Notes: generated by a model from the sequence alone, not told the origin. A stretch of DNA of 32,000 nucleotides from Methanosarcina siciliae T4/M (GCF_000970085.1 NZ_CP009506.1:2315186-2347185); one strand, 5' to 3'; positions 18,901 to 27,094 are shown, numbered from the stretch's first letter. A program made the numbers and translations.

Positions 18901-19266
18901 TTCGGAGAATATAGGTTTAATTGTGTTAGTCCTAATATTTTTATTTATAATGTCCTTGAATACTTCTTTAGAAATTATTTCTTTAAAACTTGAACTCAAA
19001 AATTCACTATAATCAAATTTATCGTTGTTTTCGCTAAAAATATTATAATGCTTAAATTTGCAATAGATACTGTAATTTTTTTTTGAATCGAAGCATTCTT
19101 TACTTTGTTCAACTATGAACTCTTTACTTAATTTCCCTAAATCGTGCAACAGAGAGTAAATTTCAGACAGAAGAATGAAATCGGCATTTTCTTTAATGCG
19201 CTCTTGTCCATTCATTAATACGCCCCTGTTCTCTTCAAGAACATTCAAATTCCGGTCTTTGTTCAC
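15964..19266 (-). CDS. cas10: Cas10 (Cmr2-like) large subunit: HD motif present, canonical GGDD cyclase motif absent
   Basis: The 1100-aa ORF has an HD region LLHDLGK (res 39-45), with EHHGK and RLDSGVDK downstream. TLWDHSYSVASLY is present, as is a Cys-rich Zn cluster at res 425-487. HPSPSRLRRIW precedes the second palm domain. Where GGDD is expected the sequence reads LLSPVTFQFIVPANS (res 786-800), followed by the conserved RLPLNLGVVFFDSKTALYAAVNASRRML. No GGDD, GGDE or SGDD occurs anywhere in the ORF. Confidence 0.9.
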   Translation of the reverse strand: MNKDRNLNVLEENRGVLMNGQERIKENADFILLSEIYSLLHDLGKLSKEFIVEQSKECFDSKKNYSIYCKFKHYNIFSENNDKFDYSEFLSSSFKEIISKEVFKDIINKNIRTNTIKPIFSEKLAGPKEIISEHHGKKTDKRLIELLKNIDRLDSGVDKGILQNIGKQSIECTKISTSFGHEKKINIEDLKPSRENLCNELSTYLEEISEKPDNIVMQRKKIIELLKKEFLKALGDTRRSGNDVTLWDHSYSVASLYKSAIANMIHNGEWTNLKDLKWVIIGVQYDKLGLVEKAHKLVDIVAYRKLTEDIDQEIKTYIEEEFPIGNEIYRDESGIYFVGPDIGRDSLEKLIKEEILCRVNKKSDGEVIPYISISESSRSLVLLTNLLTEARGNFQLHEEVPEWKEKWDQVLTIDVQDAQVSKSSCDVCKSNDQCINNGRIKRSFCKNTCTRYHECIAGGGNKEYQVDICPVCKVHPKCEHQEVCKCCLNRGESRIKDWLPNNFSDKKYPTIWINEIADSNGKVAIVTGRFNLSKWLNGELLNTVFSQTTQNLESYDNWNSLSDCLRQELKINKGKPKCLEEIAGESYQREMNSHQFYENLVVDRNPLWDAKINNWKDGSSCEKATERLLLTIFRKHPSPSRLRRIWTSTETFWKETSDFLKNNENYYIYIPTAHDYKDIETSSKIRFKRLNITLKDTKGLLRGTYVAKFKKLSIVMYFDGEKFITTQNLDIPELKGLFDDTTDKLKKYIGDEIEIELEGTKPDKFERYIINDVFYGSYYNPFLEVLLSPVTFQFIVPANSVPKIISEIHAKYSLEMGNVAGRLPLNLGVVFFDSKTALYAAVNASRRMLNGFEDVEFMDFSVSNFSKDSPIVNLEVDNLEVDNQGIRKKEIQLNKCLDEQAKYYFNFLLKTSEDKAQKKKSFFKTFIENEKEFLINGSDLDQGDCVKLYPNYFDFEFLDTTARRLEISYDSDHKRIDKSSLKGSKPYLLEEFSSVFEKVWNLFNTQYMTTSQLKNIQENLVKLHMDWKDCKEKNKTEYYETLEKQIENILINVGTRKWWNSLDKEGKELLKKVCLDKTIFDILEFYNSILKLKPNGDKNE

Positions 19267-20447
19267 TCCCTCACCTTCTTGGAATCCTGCAGTCTTTGGC
19301 TGATATGTTTAGCAATATCAGTTAGTTCTTCAAAAGTGCTAAAAGACCAAGTTGGCCATTCAATAGAGGTTTTAGCTTCAGACTGAAGATGTTTCTGCCA
19401 GCCAGATGCATGGAATTTATACCATCGTTTGAACATTTTAAACTCTTTTAGAGGCCCTCCGCCACTTTGAGCTAATTTTTCACCCGTAATATTAGTTATC
19501 GGTTTACCCTCTGCACCTTTAAACGAATCTTTTAGAGTTCCATCTTCATTAAGATATTTTAAAAATATCTTTTCTGGTGGCTTCATATCTTCATGTATAG
19601 AAACAGTAACACATTTTGTTTTCAGGGTAATTTTCCCGTCCATGAGTTTATCTTCGACAATCCCAAATCCACTTGCCGTTTTGGCACCGAAACCATGGAC
19701 CAAGAACATATCTTTAAGTCCTTTAGAAATGAGGTATATATCGAAGGCAACGTTATCATTAGCATGTGATTTTTCTTCATCAGAAACACAAAAAGGAACA
19801 TAAAGCAAACTGAATGAGCCGGTACTTTTGGCAGGTACAACTTCATAATAAATAGGATTTATACCTGCTTTTCTTTCTCTATCATGTGGATTTATGACTT
19901 CAAGTTTGATATTGTCAAAATATGTAGGAAATAGAATTAAAAATCCTTTTTTGTTATCATTCTCTTTGTCAGATACGTATCCAAATAACCGGTCAATAGA
20001 TCGAGACTTTAATTCGTCATGCTTTTCTTCATCATTACTTTTAACGATAGCATTTCTTAAGGTGCCAGCCCATCCGCTTGGGCGCACCATGGGAATCTTA
20101 AAAATGGATTCTTTACATATAGGATTGTCAATAATATAGAACTGTTCATCATCTTTACTGTAAAACGGTTTCTTAAGTTTGAATTTAAATTGGACAAAAA
20201 AGGAATTAACAGGAAGAATACTAATATTAATCATTGGCTGGCATAAATTTAAGTCATGCAACAACTGGATTGCACTTTTCAACCTCAAATTACTATTGTC
20301 AATTTCATTTTTATAATCTTCTAATTTTTCTTTTTTATCCAATGAATATAGCTGAATTTTTGAATAATAATCTGATATATCATTTATTTCTGATGAATCT
20401 GAAAAATAGCTATAAAAATCATACGAATGCGTATTAGACATCCCCAT
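19263..20447 (-). CDS. cmr6: Type III RAMP subunit Cmr6 (Cas7 group)
   Basis: The 394-aa ORF contains RPSGWAGTLRNAI, DRLFGYVSD...KGFLILFPTYF, INPHDRE and a C-terminal HGFGAKTASGFG loop. It has a 4-bp overlap with cas10. Confidence 0.75.
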   Translation of the reverse strand: MGMSNTHSYDFYSYFSDSSEINDISDYYSKIQLYSLDKKEKLEDYKNEIDNSNLRLKSAIQLLHDLNLCQPMINISILPVNSFFVQFKFKLKKPFYSKDDEQFYIIDNPICKESIFKIPMVRPSGWAGTLRNAIVKSNDEEKHDELKSRSIDRLFGYVSDKENDNKKGFLILFPTYFDNIKLEVINPHDRERKAGINPIYYEVVPAKSTGSFSLLYVPFCVSDEEKSHANDNVAFDIYLISKGLKDMFLVHGFGAKTASGFGIVEDKLMDGKITLKTKCVTVSIHEDMKPPEKIFLKYLNEDGTLKDSFKGAEGKPITNITGEKLAQSGGGPLKEFKMFKRWYKFHASGWQKHLQSEAKTSIEWPTWSFSTFEELTDIAKHISQRLQDSKKVRE

Positions 20448-21417
20448 TCCTCCCGTTTTGAATATTTAGAAGAATGTCTTTTCCTGTAATTATATTGTTA
20501 ATATCCTGCTTAATTCTGGTTTGTAACTTTCTTTTGATAATATCAAGTTCTTGTTCATTTCGCACGTAACCAAAAACTTTATTTCCGATCTTAAACGAAA
20601 ATATTTTTTTACTCGAACCTGGTATCATACTTGAAGCACGATTTCCTCGAAGAAATTCTAAAAATTCGTCTCCATAAATAGAAACATTTCCTTTATTGTC
20701 CAATCCAAATATTTCATTTATCTTCAACCGATCCAAGTATTCCCCTTTTATTATCCAGTAATACCTAAAATCAAACCAGTTTTTATTGTTAATTTTTCCA
20801 CAATTTTCTGTAATAGTCTTAATCCATTTTTGAGTTTTATTATAATCAGATTTGCTTGCCCAATCAGTATTTACTAAATTGACTTCGATTAAACCGTAAT
20901 CCTTCCCAACTGGACTTCCCTGAGGCTTACGAGTTGTTCTACCACCGAATGCTCCGTAATTTTCAATTATTTGCAATGTTTGAAATAATAGCCACTTCTC
21001 GCTATCTGAAATCTTAAAAATCTCATAAAATTCAATTTCTAAAATCCCACTATAGCCATCATCATTCATTCTTTGACTAAAAGTACCCCCTAAATCGTTT
21101 GCTACAATCTTAAATCGCCGTTTCCACCCGGTACATCCAAATAACCTGCAGGCAGGGCAAACGTTTTTAAGTCCAATTTCCAGTGCTTCATCTACATTTT
21201 GTCCTTTTTCCAATGCTTTCTCATAGTCCTTTGTGTTGAACTCACATCCCCCATTTGAAGGATCACAAGCATATCCTCCCATACCTCTCACTATTGCTTC
21301 ATACCACCACCGCATGCTCCCGATGATGCTGGTCTCTTTTATTGTTGTACATTTTTGATTTGCATCTCCGGTCCAGATGGGAGTCAAAGTCTTAAATTTG
21401 ATTTCAGTTTTAACCAT
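20434..21417 (-). CDS. cmr1: Type III RAMP subunit Cmr1 (Cas7 group)
   Basis: The 327-aa ORF contains LTPIWTGD, GSMRWWYEAIVRG, CPACRLFGCTGWKRRFKI and GAFGGRTTRKPQG, which are hallmarks of Cmr1-type RAMPs. Confidence 0.8.
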   Translation of the reverse strand: MVKTEIKFKTLTPIWTGDANQKCTTIKETSIIGSMRWWYEAIVRGMGGYACDPSNGGCEFNTKDYEKALEKGQNVDEALEIGLKNVCPACRLFGCTGWKRRFKIVANDLGGTFSQRMNDDGYSGILEIEFYEIFKISDSEKWLLFQTLQIIENYGAFGGRTTRKPQGSPVGKDYGLIEVNLVNTDWASKSDYNKTQKWIKTITENCGKINNKNWFDFRYYWIIKGEYLDRLKINEIFGLDNKGNVSIYGDEFLEFLRGNRASSMIPGSSKKIFSFKIGNKVFGYVRNEQELDIIKRKLQTRIKQDINNIITGKDILLNIQNGRNGDV

Positions 21418-21438
21418 GTATTATTCCCTTGTACAAGC

Positions 21439-22182
21439 TTAATTACGAGATAATGTATTGGCATTCCAAACAGTACTTTTTAGAAAATCAGAGGATTTTT
21501 GGCAATTATACCCCCTTATTTTCCTCACAGTCCCAAACCCCTTCGCAACCCCTTTTCCTATTCCCATAAAATCCGGAATCAAAAAATTAGCTATAAAACC
21601 GCCTGTAAAAGAAGTAAAATCCATATTTTTGTACTTTGAACGCCTGAGTTCCACATCGACATCACATTTTATGGTATCGGGAACCGTATATCCAAAAGTC
21701 TTTGACATCGAGAGTAAATTTCCTGCCAGGGTCCTTCTTAGCATTTCCTTTTGCTCTTCGGGGTTTTTGGTCTCAAGAAATTTCTCCTCATTTTCTTTAT
21801 TAAGGGCCATCCAGGGAGTTAGAAATTCATAAAAGTAAATGCTTTTTGTAAGCCCAAAGTCCTGTTTTTTAAGCCTCAAAGAGCGTTCCGTGATCTCAAA
21901 GTCTTCGTGAGGAAGGGTTACCGTATCAAATTTATCAAATAAACCTTTCAAGATTTCTGCGCCTTCGTTTACCCCAACTACCAGAGGTGTCCTGTCAAGA
22001 ACTTTGTACTGCACTAAAGGGTAGCGGTAGTAAAACCTGTCAGTATTATGGTTGTGGAGAAGGTCATATTCATTGAATTTTGATGCAAAAAACCCACGGA
22101 TCTGATTTGCATCTCCCCTGAACTCCTCTTCGCCTTCAAAAGTCATTTCAAGGGTTTTGAGCTTAATGTTCCCAGGATTCAT
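21439..22182 (-). CDS. cas6: Cas6 CRISPR repeat endoribonuclease
   Basis: The 247-aa ORF contains RYPLVQYK and a C-terminal glycine-rich loop, GIGKGVAKGFGTV. It is the first gene of the effector string. Confidence 0.75.
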   Translation of the reverse strand: MNPGNIKLKTLEMTFEGEEEFRGDANQIRGFFASKFNEYDLLHNHNTDRFYYRYPLVQYKVLDRTPLVVGVNEGAEILKGLFDKFDTVTLPHEDFEITERSLRLKKQDFGLTKSIYFYEFLTPWMALNKENEEKFLETKNPEEQKEMLRRTLAGNLLSMSKTFGYTVPDTIKCDVDVELRRSKYKNMDFTSFTGGFIANFLIPDFMGIGKGVAKGFGTVRKIRGYNCQKSSDFLKSTVWNANTLSRN

Positions 22183-22304
22183 AATATCTATAAAGAATTT
22201 TTTACAAATACATTTTTTAAATTTTATTGATTTTTGTTATAAGATAAATAACTTATCATATTAATCAGATAACATTTCTAAATAATTATAAACATGATAT
22301 ATAT

Positions 22305-23519
22305 TTAAATAAAATCTTGAATTTTTTTATTAAAACATTGTTCAATTCTTTCAAGCCCGGAAGCATAATCCGTGTGCCTGTAGTAATTTACCCAAGGGTC
22401 TACGACATTATAAATATTTTTTATTACAATATTAAGAGCCTGATACTCGTTTTCAGAGTCAAATTTGTTCTTTTTTCCTTTAAATTCAATATCTATGCTC
22501 TCAATACTCTCTATTATCTTCTCAATTGACCCATCGGTGGGTAATACATTTATTCTGTTTCCCAAGCCGTTTTCATCCAGAATTTCCTGAAAATAGAACC
22601 CCACGAATTCAAACCCATTAGCTGCTGCCCCCACATAGGTTTTTTCTCTGTTTAATTCGAGCCCAAGTTCAGCCATAATAGTCTCAGCCCTCTCAGGCTT
22701 AATCCACTCCTTTGAAAGGACTACAAAATCATCTGCAAAACGTACGAGGTGTTCAATTGATTCCCCTTCAACATTCTTGAGCCCGATTTCTGCCCAGTGG
22801 TTGTCGAACTGGTCCAGGTAGAAGTTTACAAGAAGCGGAGAGATTATCCCGCCTTGGAGCAACCCTTTATTTGAGTTTTTTCCGGAACCGCTTCCAAAAG
22901 AACCTTTTTTGAGCCAGCTCTCGACCAGGGAAAGGATCAGCTCATCTCCAATCCTTGTTTTAATGATCTTCATGAGCTTATCATGGGGGATGTTGTCAAA
23001 ACAGCCCTCGATATCCCCCTTCAGGTAATGGGTGTTTCCGGCTTCGAGCCATTTGTAGACTTCAAGACTGGCAAGTTTTGCAGACCTGTACGCCCGGTAG
23101 CCGTAGGAACAATTTTCAAAATCAGCTTCAAAAATAGGTTCAAGGACGAGTTTTACAGCTCCCTGGACAAGCCGGTCTCTCAGAGTCAGGATTCCAAGCT
23201 GTCTTGTTTCTCCGTTTCGTTTTGGAATCTCAACCCTTTTTACTGCATCGGCAATATATTTGCCATCTTCAAGCTCTTTCTTTACGACACGGATGAATTT
23301 GTCGACCCCGGAAGCTTCTACCTGCTGGACAGTTAGAGAGTCAAAACCAGTGCCTTTTGTGTTCTTGTTCAGGTTTTTCCAGGCTGTATAGAGGATCTCG
23401 TCTTTCAAAAGCAGTTTTTTAAGCTTCCGGAACCGTTTTTGCGGGTTCCTCTTCGCTTTGTTATACAGTTTCAGTTGAATTTCGGCTAGAGTCTGGTTCT
23501 GTATATCAGGTACCTCCAT
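22305..23519 (-). CDS. Standalone group-II-intron-like reverse transcriptase (RT plus maturase/thumb-like X region), CRISPR-associated
   Basis: The 404-aa ORF shows RT motifs in order: RVEIPKRNGETRQLGILTLRDRLVQ (RT1-2), YGYR (RT3), KGDIEGCFDNIPH (RT4), LLQGGIISPLL, and VRFADDFVV (RT5 catalytic FADD). The C-terminal DPWVNYYRH resembles the maturase X-domain motif. There is no endonuclease domain and no Cas1 fusion. Confidence 0.9.
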   Translation of the reverse strand: MEVPDIQNQTLAEIQLKLYNKAKRNPQKRFRKLKKLLLKDEILYTAWKNLNKNTKGTGFDSLTVQQVEASGVDKFIRVVKKELEDGKYIADAVKRVEIPKRNGETRQLGILTLRDRLVQGAVKLVLEPIFEADFENCSYGYRAYRSAKLASLEVYKWLEAGNTHYLKGDIEGCFDNIPHDKLMKIIKTRIGDELILSLVESWLKKGSFGSGSGKNSNKGLLQGGIISPLLVNFYLDQFDNHWAEIGLKNVEGESIEHLVRFADDFVVLSKEWIKPERAETIMAELGLELNREKTYVGAAANGFEFVGFYFQEILDENGLGNRINVLPTDGSIEKIIESIESIDIEFKGKKNKFDSENEYQALNIVIKNIYNVVDPWVNYYRHTDYASGLERIEQCFNKKIQDFI

Positions 23520-23566
23520 AAATGGTTCTTAATTTCCAGTCGTCTACAGAGCCTGATATACTTAGC

Positions 23567-23594
23567 CGCGAAGAATTCGGGTTTTTTCCGAATT
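23567..23594 (-). promoter_or_regulatory. Palindrome-containing 5' module upstream of the RT gene (shared with cas1)
   Basis: Read on the minus strand, the region is AATTCGG-AAAAAAC-CCGAATTCTTCGCG. The ATG follows 47 nt after CGCG, with TCTGTAG at +17..23. The cas1 upstream region has the same arrangement. Confidence 0.6.
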
Positions 23595-23658
23595 AAAGGA
23601 CTCGATACTTTTTCGTGATTTCAGTTTTTATCCACGGAGGTGGAGTTTATGGATATTA

Positions 23659-25477
23659 GTTTCAATCCTTGTTTTAGTGGCTGTTACCGTTTTTCATCAG
23701 GGTACCAAAAGGAGAGATTCCCAGAAATGGGGGTTTCAATCCTTGTTTTAGTGGCTGTTACCGTTTTTCTGACATCACGAAACTTGGATCACTGCTCAAA
23801 ATTTATAAAAAGCTGTACAAAAAGGATGTATTCGTTTCAATCCTTGTTTTAGTGGCTGTTGCTGTTTTAGTGAAGAGTGCATAAATTCTATAATTATTGT
23901 GAAAGTTTCAATCCTTGTTTTAGTGGCTGTTGCTGTTTTAGTTGAATGAACAGTTGAGGATAATAGCGATGTTTATAAGTTTCAATCCTTGTTTTAGTGG
24001 CTGTTGCTGTTTTAGCATTGAAGTATCAAGTGTTTGTGCATATTTTCTAGTTTCAATCCTTGTTTTAGTGGCTGTTGCTGTTTTAGTTGAGGTTGAAGAT
24101 CTGACTGTGAAGGAGGGCTATATGTTTCAATCCTTGTTTTAGTGGCTGTTGCTGTTTTAGTCGGAAACAAAATGGATTTAATTGGCCAAGAAGAGTTTCA
24201 ATCCTTGTTTTAGTGGCTGTTGCTGTTTTAGTTGTCATCAGAAAATCTTGATGAACAGCTTGATAGTTTCAATCCTTGTTTTAGTGGCTGTTGCTGTTTT
24301 AGCTGTAATAAAGATTTCTGCGAGAGAGATAGATACTGAGTTTCAATCCTTGTTTTAGTGGCTGTTGCTGTTTTAGATCGGTGATGGAAAGGATTGCTAG
24401 AATTGATAATAAGGTTTCAATCCTTGTTTTAGTGGCTGTTGCTGTTTTAGCTGGAAGATTGATCATCACCCAGAAGAATCGAGAGATGTTTCAATCCTTG
24501 TTTTAGTGGCTGTTGCTGTTTTAGTAAGGGGCACACGGTTGTTCCTGTCGAAGCAGAAAAACGTTTCAATCCTTGTTTTAGTGGCTGTTGCTGTTTTAGG
24601 AATAATTACGCAAGAAATGGAAGATGGTTACAAGAGTTTCAATCCTTGTTTTAGTGGCTGTTGCTGTTTTAGCGAGAGATTGAAACAAGCAGAGGAAGAC
24701 AATAAATTTGTTTCAATCCTTGTTTTAGTGGCTGTTGCTGTTTTAGAAATTATCTTCGGTTTTAAAGCTAAAAATAAATGAAGTTTCAATCCTTGTTTTA
24801 GTGGCTGTTGCTGTTTTAGCGTGTATATCTCAAGGAAGAAGGAATGGAAAACCCAGTTTCAATCCTTGTTTTAGTGGCTGTTGCTGTTTTAGTTTTGACC
24901 AAAGGACTAGCTCATGTAGTTATATTTAGTTTCAATCCTTGTTTTAGTGGCTGTTGCTGTTTTAGAATAAAAGTCTAACCGTGATTGATATCATTGATAA
25001 AGGTTTCAATCCTTGTTTTAGTGGCTGTTGCTGTTTTAGCAGAGACACTTGTGTCTAGGGGAATGAGAGTGTCAGGTTTCAATCCTTGTTTTAGTGGCTG
25101 TTGCTGTTTTAGGTAAAAACAAAAACGGAGTGCAAAAAATGGAAAAGTTTCAATCCTTGTTTTAGTGGCTGTTGCTGTTTTAGTGGCAGATATAGATCCC
25201 AAATTTTTCGAGAAAACAAGTTTCAATCCTTGTTTTAGTGGCTGTTGCTGTTTTAGAATCAAGAGATAAGAGGAATAACCGGATCTATACTGGTTTCAAT
25301 CCTTGTTTTAGTGGCTGTTGCTGTTTTAGGTGGAAAACACTGGTTTTTTAAAAAATACAAAAAGAGGTTTCAATCCTTGTTTTAGTGGCTGTTGCTGTTT
25401 TAGTCCCATATCTGGCACATGGAAAAGTTTTCCCAGAAGAGTTTCAATCCTTGTTTTAGTGGCTGTTGCTGTTTTAG
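23659..25477 (-). CRISPR. CRISPR array 2: 25 repeats of 37 bp, 24 spacers (34-38 bp plus one of 63 bp)
   Basis: The repeat is the same as in array 1. Repeats start at 23659, 23733 (both the ...ACCGTTTTTC variant), 23833, 23904, 23979, 24050, 24124, 24195, 24266, 24340, 24414, 24488, 24563, 24636, 24710, 24783, 24856, 24928, 25003, 25076, 25147, 25220, 25293, 25367 and 25441. The leader is on the right, so the array is transcribed on the minus strand. Confidence 0.97.
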
Positions 25478-25730
25478 AGGGTCGTTTTCCCTTATTTACA
25501 GCAAATTATTAAATAATTCCAAATCTAAAAAACAATAGCAAGCAAATTATTTTTTGCTTAAACTGTATAATATTTAAAATTTGCTTACTTCCATTTTTGT
25601 TAACTAAATTTGTCCATCGACAATTAGCTAAGGAGTATATAAGGATGGATACCATATAAACTTTTGTATTTTCGACTGCTTGGCAGCGAAATTATTTTTT
25701 TGACAATGTACATATCTGTACACTTCTTTA
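25478..25730 (-). promoter_or_regulatory. CRISPR leader of array 2 with candidate TATA box
   Basis: This region is homologous to 10638-10890. TATATAA at 25636-25642 lies 159 bp from the first repeat, the same distance as in leader 1. Confidence 0.7.
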
Positions 25731-25964
25731 AAATCATTTGTAAAGTAGGGTATCCGGGATACATTTATAATTCTAATACGAAGTTCATAGCGCCGCCTCA
25801 TGGTGGATTTTTCATCCGGGCTCCTCAGAAAAATCCAAATTTTCTTTAGAAATACTTCAAAATAGTTTTTTATGATGTTCTATGTAGATGTTGTTTTTTT
25901 GAAAATTCATGGGTCAAATTGAGAAAAAAGCGTGATTCTTCAGGAAAACGGGGATACAAACTTC

Positions 25965-25995
25965 AAGAATTCGGATAAAGACCGAATTCTTCGCG
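25965..25995 (+). promoter_or_regulatory. Perfect 10-bp-stem palindrome upstream of cas1 (candidate operator)
   Basis: AAGAATTCGG-ATAAAGA-CCGAATTCTT is followed by CGCG. The ATG of cas1 lies 49 nt after CGCG, with TCTGTAG at +17..23. The 14-mer CCGAATTCTTCGCG recurs as its reverse complement at 23567-23580, upstream of the RT gene. Confidence 0.65.
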
Positions 25996-26044
25996 AAATA
26001 ATACTTATAGATCTGTAGGCTTAAATGAAAAGTGAACTTCTATT

Positions 26045-27094
26045 ATGGTTTTCAAATTCAGGAGGGAATTCTGGATTAGGTTGATTGTTGACGAATACGG
26101 GACTTATATACATAAGAAGAGCAACCGGTTTATTTTCGTTGATAAGACTGAAAAGCTGCTCAAAAAAGGGTTTTCAGCGGATAAAGTGTCTCAGATCCTT
26201 ATTTACAAAGGAGCTGCAGTTACTGCTGATGCGATAGAGCTTGCGGTTAAAAAAGGAATAGACATAGTTTATTTTGACCGGCTGGGGAAGCCTTTTGCAA
26301 GGACTTATTCCTGCGAACAGGAAAACTCTGCAACCGTACAGCGCTACCAGGCAAGGGCTTATGATGACGGAAAAGGGATTTTTCTTATGGGCTCCATGAT
26401 CGGAGCTAAAATAAGGAACCAGGGATATCTGCTGAAAAGCCTGGCAAAAAAGAGAAATAATGAGCGCTTAGTGGGACAGGCGGAAAGGATCATGTCCCTG
26501 TCCGAAAAAATAAAGGAGCGGGCTGAAGAGTGGGGATATATTGAAGAAGCAAGGGAGAGCCTGTTCGGGATTGAAGGCGAGGCTTCAAGGATTTACTTTC
26601 AGGCCCTCTCAAATGTCCTTCCCGAAGCCGTGTACTCGGGGACGAGAACAAAAAGGCCGCCTGGAGACCTTTTTAATGCAATGCTCAGTTACGGGTACGG
26701 AATTCTCTATACCGAAGTGGAAAAAGCCTGCGTGCTCTCAGGCCTCAACCCCTACATGGGTTTCCAGCATACCGACCTTCCGGGAAAGCCGTCTCTTATC
26801 CTTGACCTGATTGAAGAATTCCGGCAGCCGGTTGTGGACAGGGCTGTGATAAGCCTTATCTCAAAAAAGCTTGTAACAGAAAAAGACCTCAAGTCGGTTG
26901 AAGGCGGTTTTTACCTGAACAGGGCCGGAAGGCGCAAAACTCTAGAAGCAGTCTCCGAAAGGCTTGCAAAAACTGTAAATTACAGGGGTTTCCGGCACTC
27001 ATTTTCCATCTTAATCCTGAAGCAGACAAGGGCGGTTGCAAAATTTCTTACCGGAGAGAGCAGCGGATATGCTCCTTTTGTATACTGGCGATAA
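26045..27094 (+). CDS. cas1: Cas1 integrase
   Basis: The 349-aa ORF contains GIDIVYFDRLGKPFARTY, EGEASRIYFQAL, PPGDLFNAMLSYGYGILY and GFQHTDLPGKPSLILDLIEEFRQPVVDR. These are canonical Cas1 motifs, including the His and Asp/Glu catalytic positions. Confidence 0.95.
   Translation: MVFKFRREFWIRLIVDEYGTYIHKKSNRFIFVDKTEKLLKKGFSADKVSQILIYKGAAVTADAIELAVKKGIDIVYFDRLGKPFARTYSCEQENSATVQRYQARAYDDGKGIFLMGSMIGAKIRNQGYLLKSLAKKRNNERLVGQAERIMSLSEKIKERAEEWGYIEEARESLFGIEGEASRIYFQALSNVLPEAVYSGTRTKRPPGDLFNAMLSYGYGILYTEVEKACVLSGLNPYMGFQHTDLPGKPSLILDLIEEFRQPVVDRAVISLISKKLVTEKDLKSVEGGFYLNRAGRRKTLEAVSERLAKTVNYRGFRHSFSILILKQTRAVAKFLTGESSGYAPFVYWR

Noticed and set aside
15964-19266. Calling the module III-B (Cmr) with a signalling-competent Cas10. 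I also considered IGDE at res 749-752 and VGPD at res 338-341 as possible GGDD equivalents.
   Set aside because: Neither tetrapeptide sits at the palm position defined by the flanking conserved blocks, where the aligned position reads SPVTFQ. The gene order cmr1-cmr6-cas10-cmr4-cmr5-cmr3 is that of III-C rather than the usual III-B order. This is still an alignment-by-eye judgement.
22183-23658. The RT as part of an intact mobile group II intron.
   Set aside because: Only ~139 bp (upstream, bounded by a CRISPR repeat) and ~122 bp (downstream, bounded by cas6) flank the ORF. Intron domains I-III and V-VI need several hundred nt. I saw no domain V-like hairpin or GUGYG 5' end, and the protein has no endonuclease domain.
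23640-25512. ORFs from the track inside array 2 (23640-23852, 23942-24142, 24506-24781, 24975-25262, 25330-25512).
   Set aside because: They are the same artefact: periodic repeat translation across a CRISPR array.
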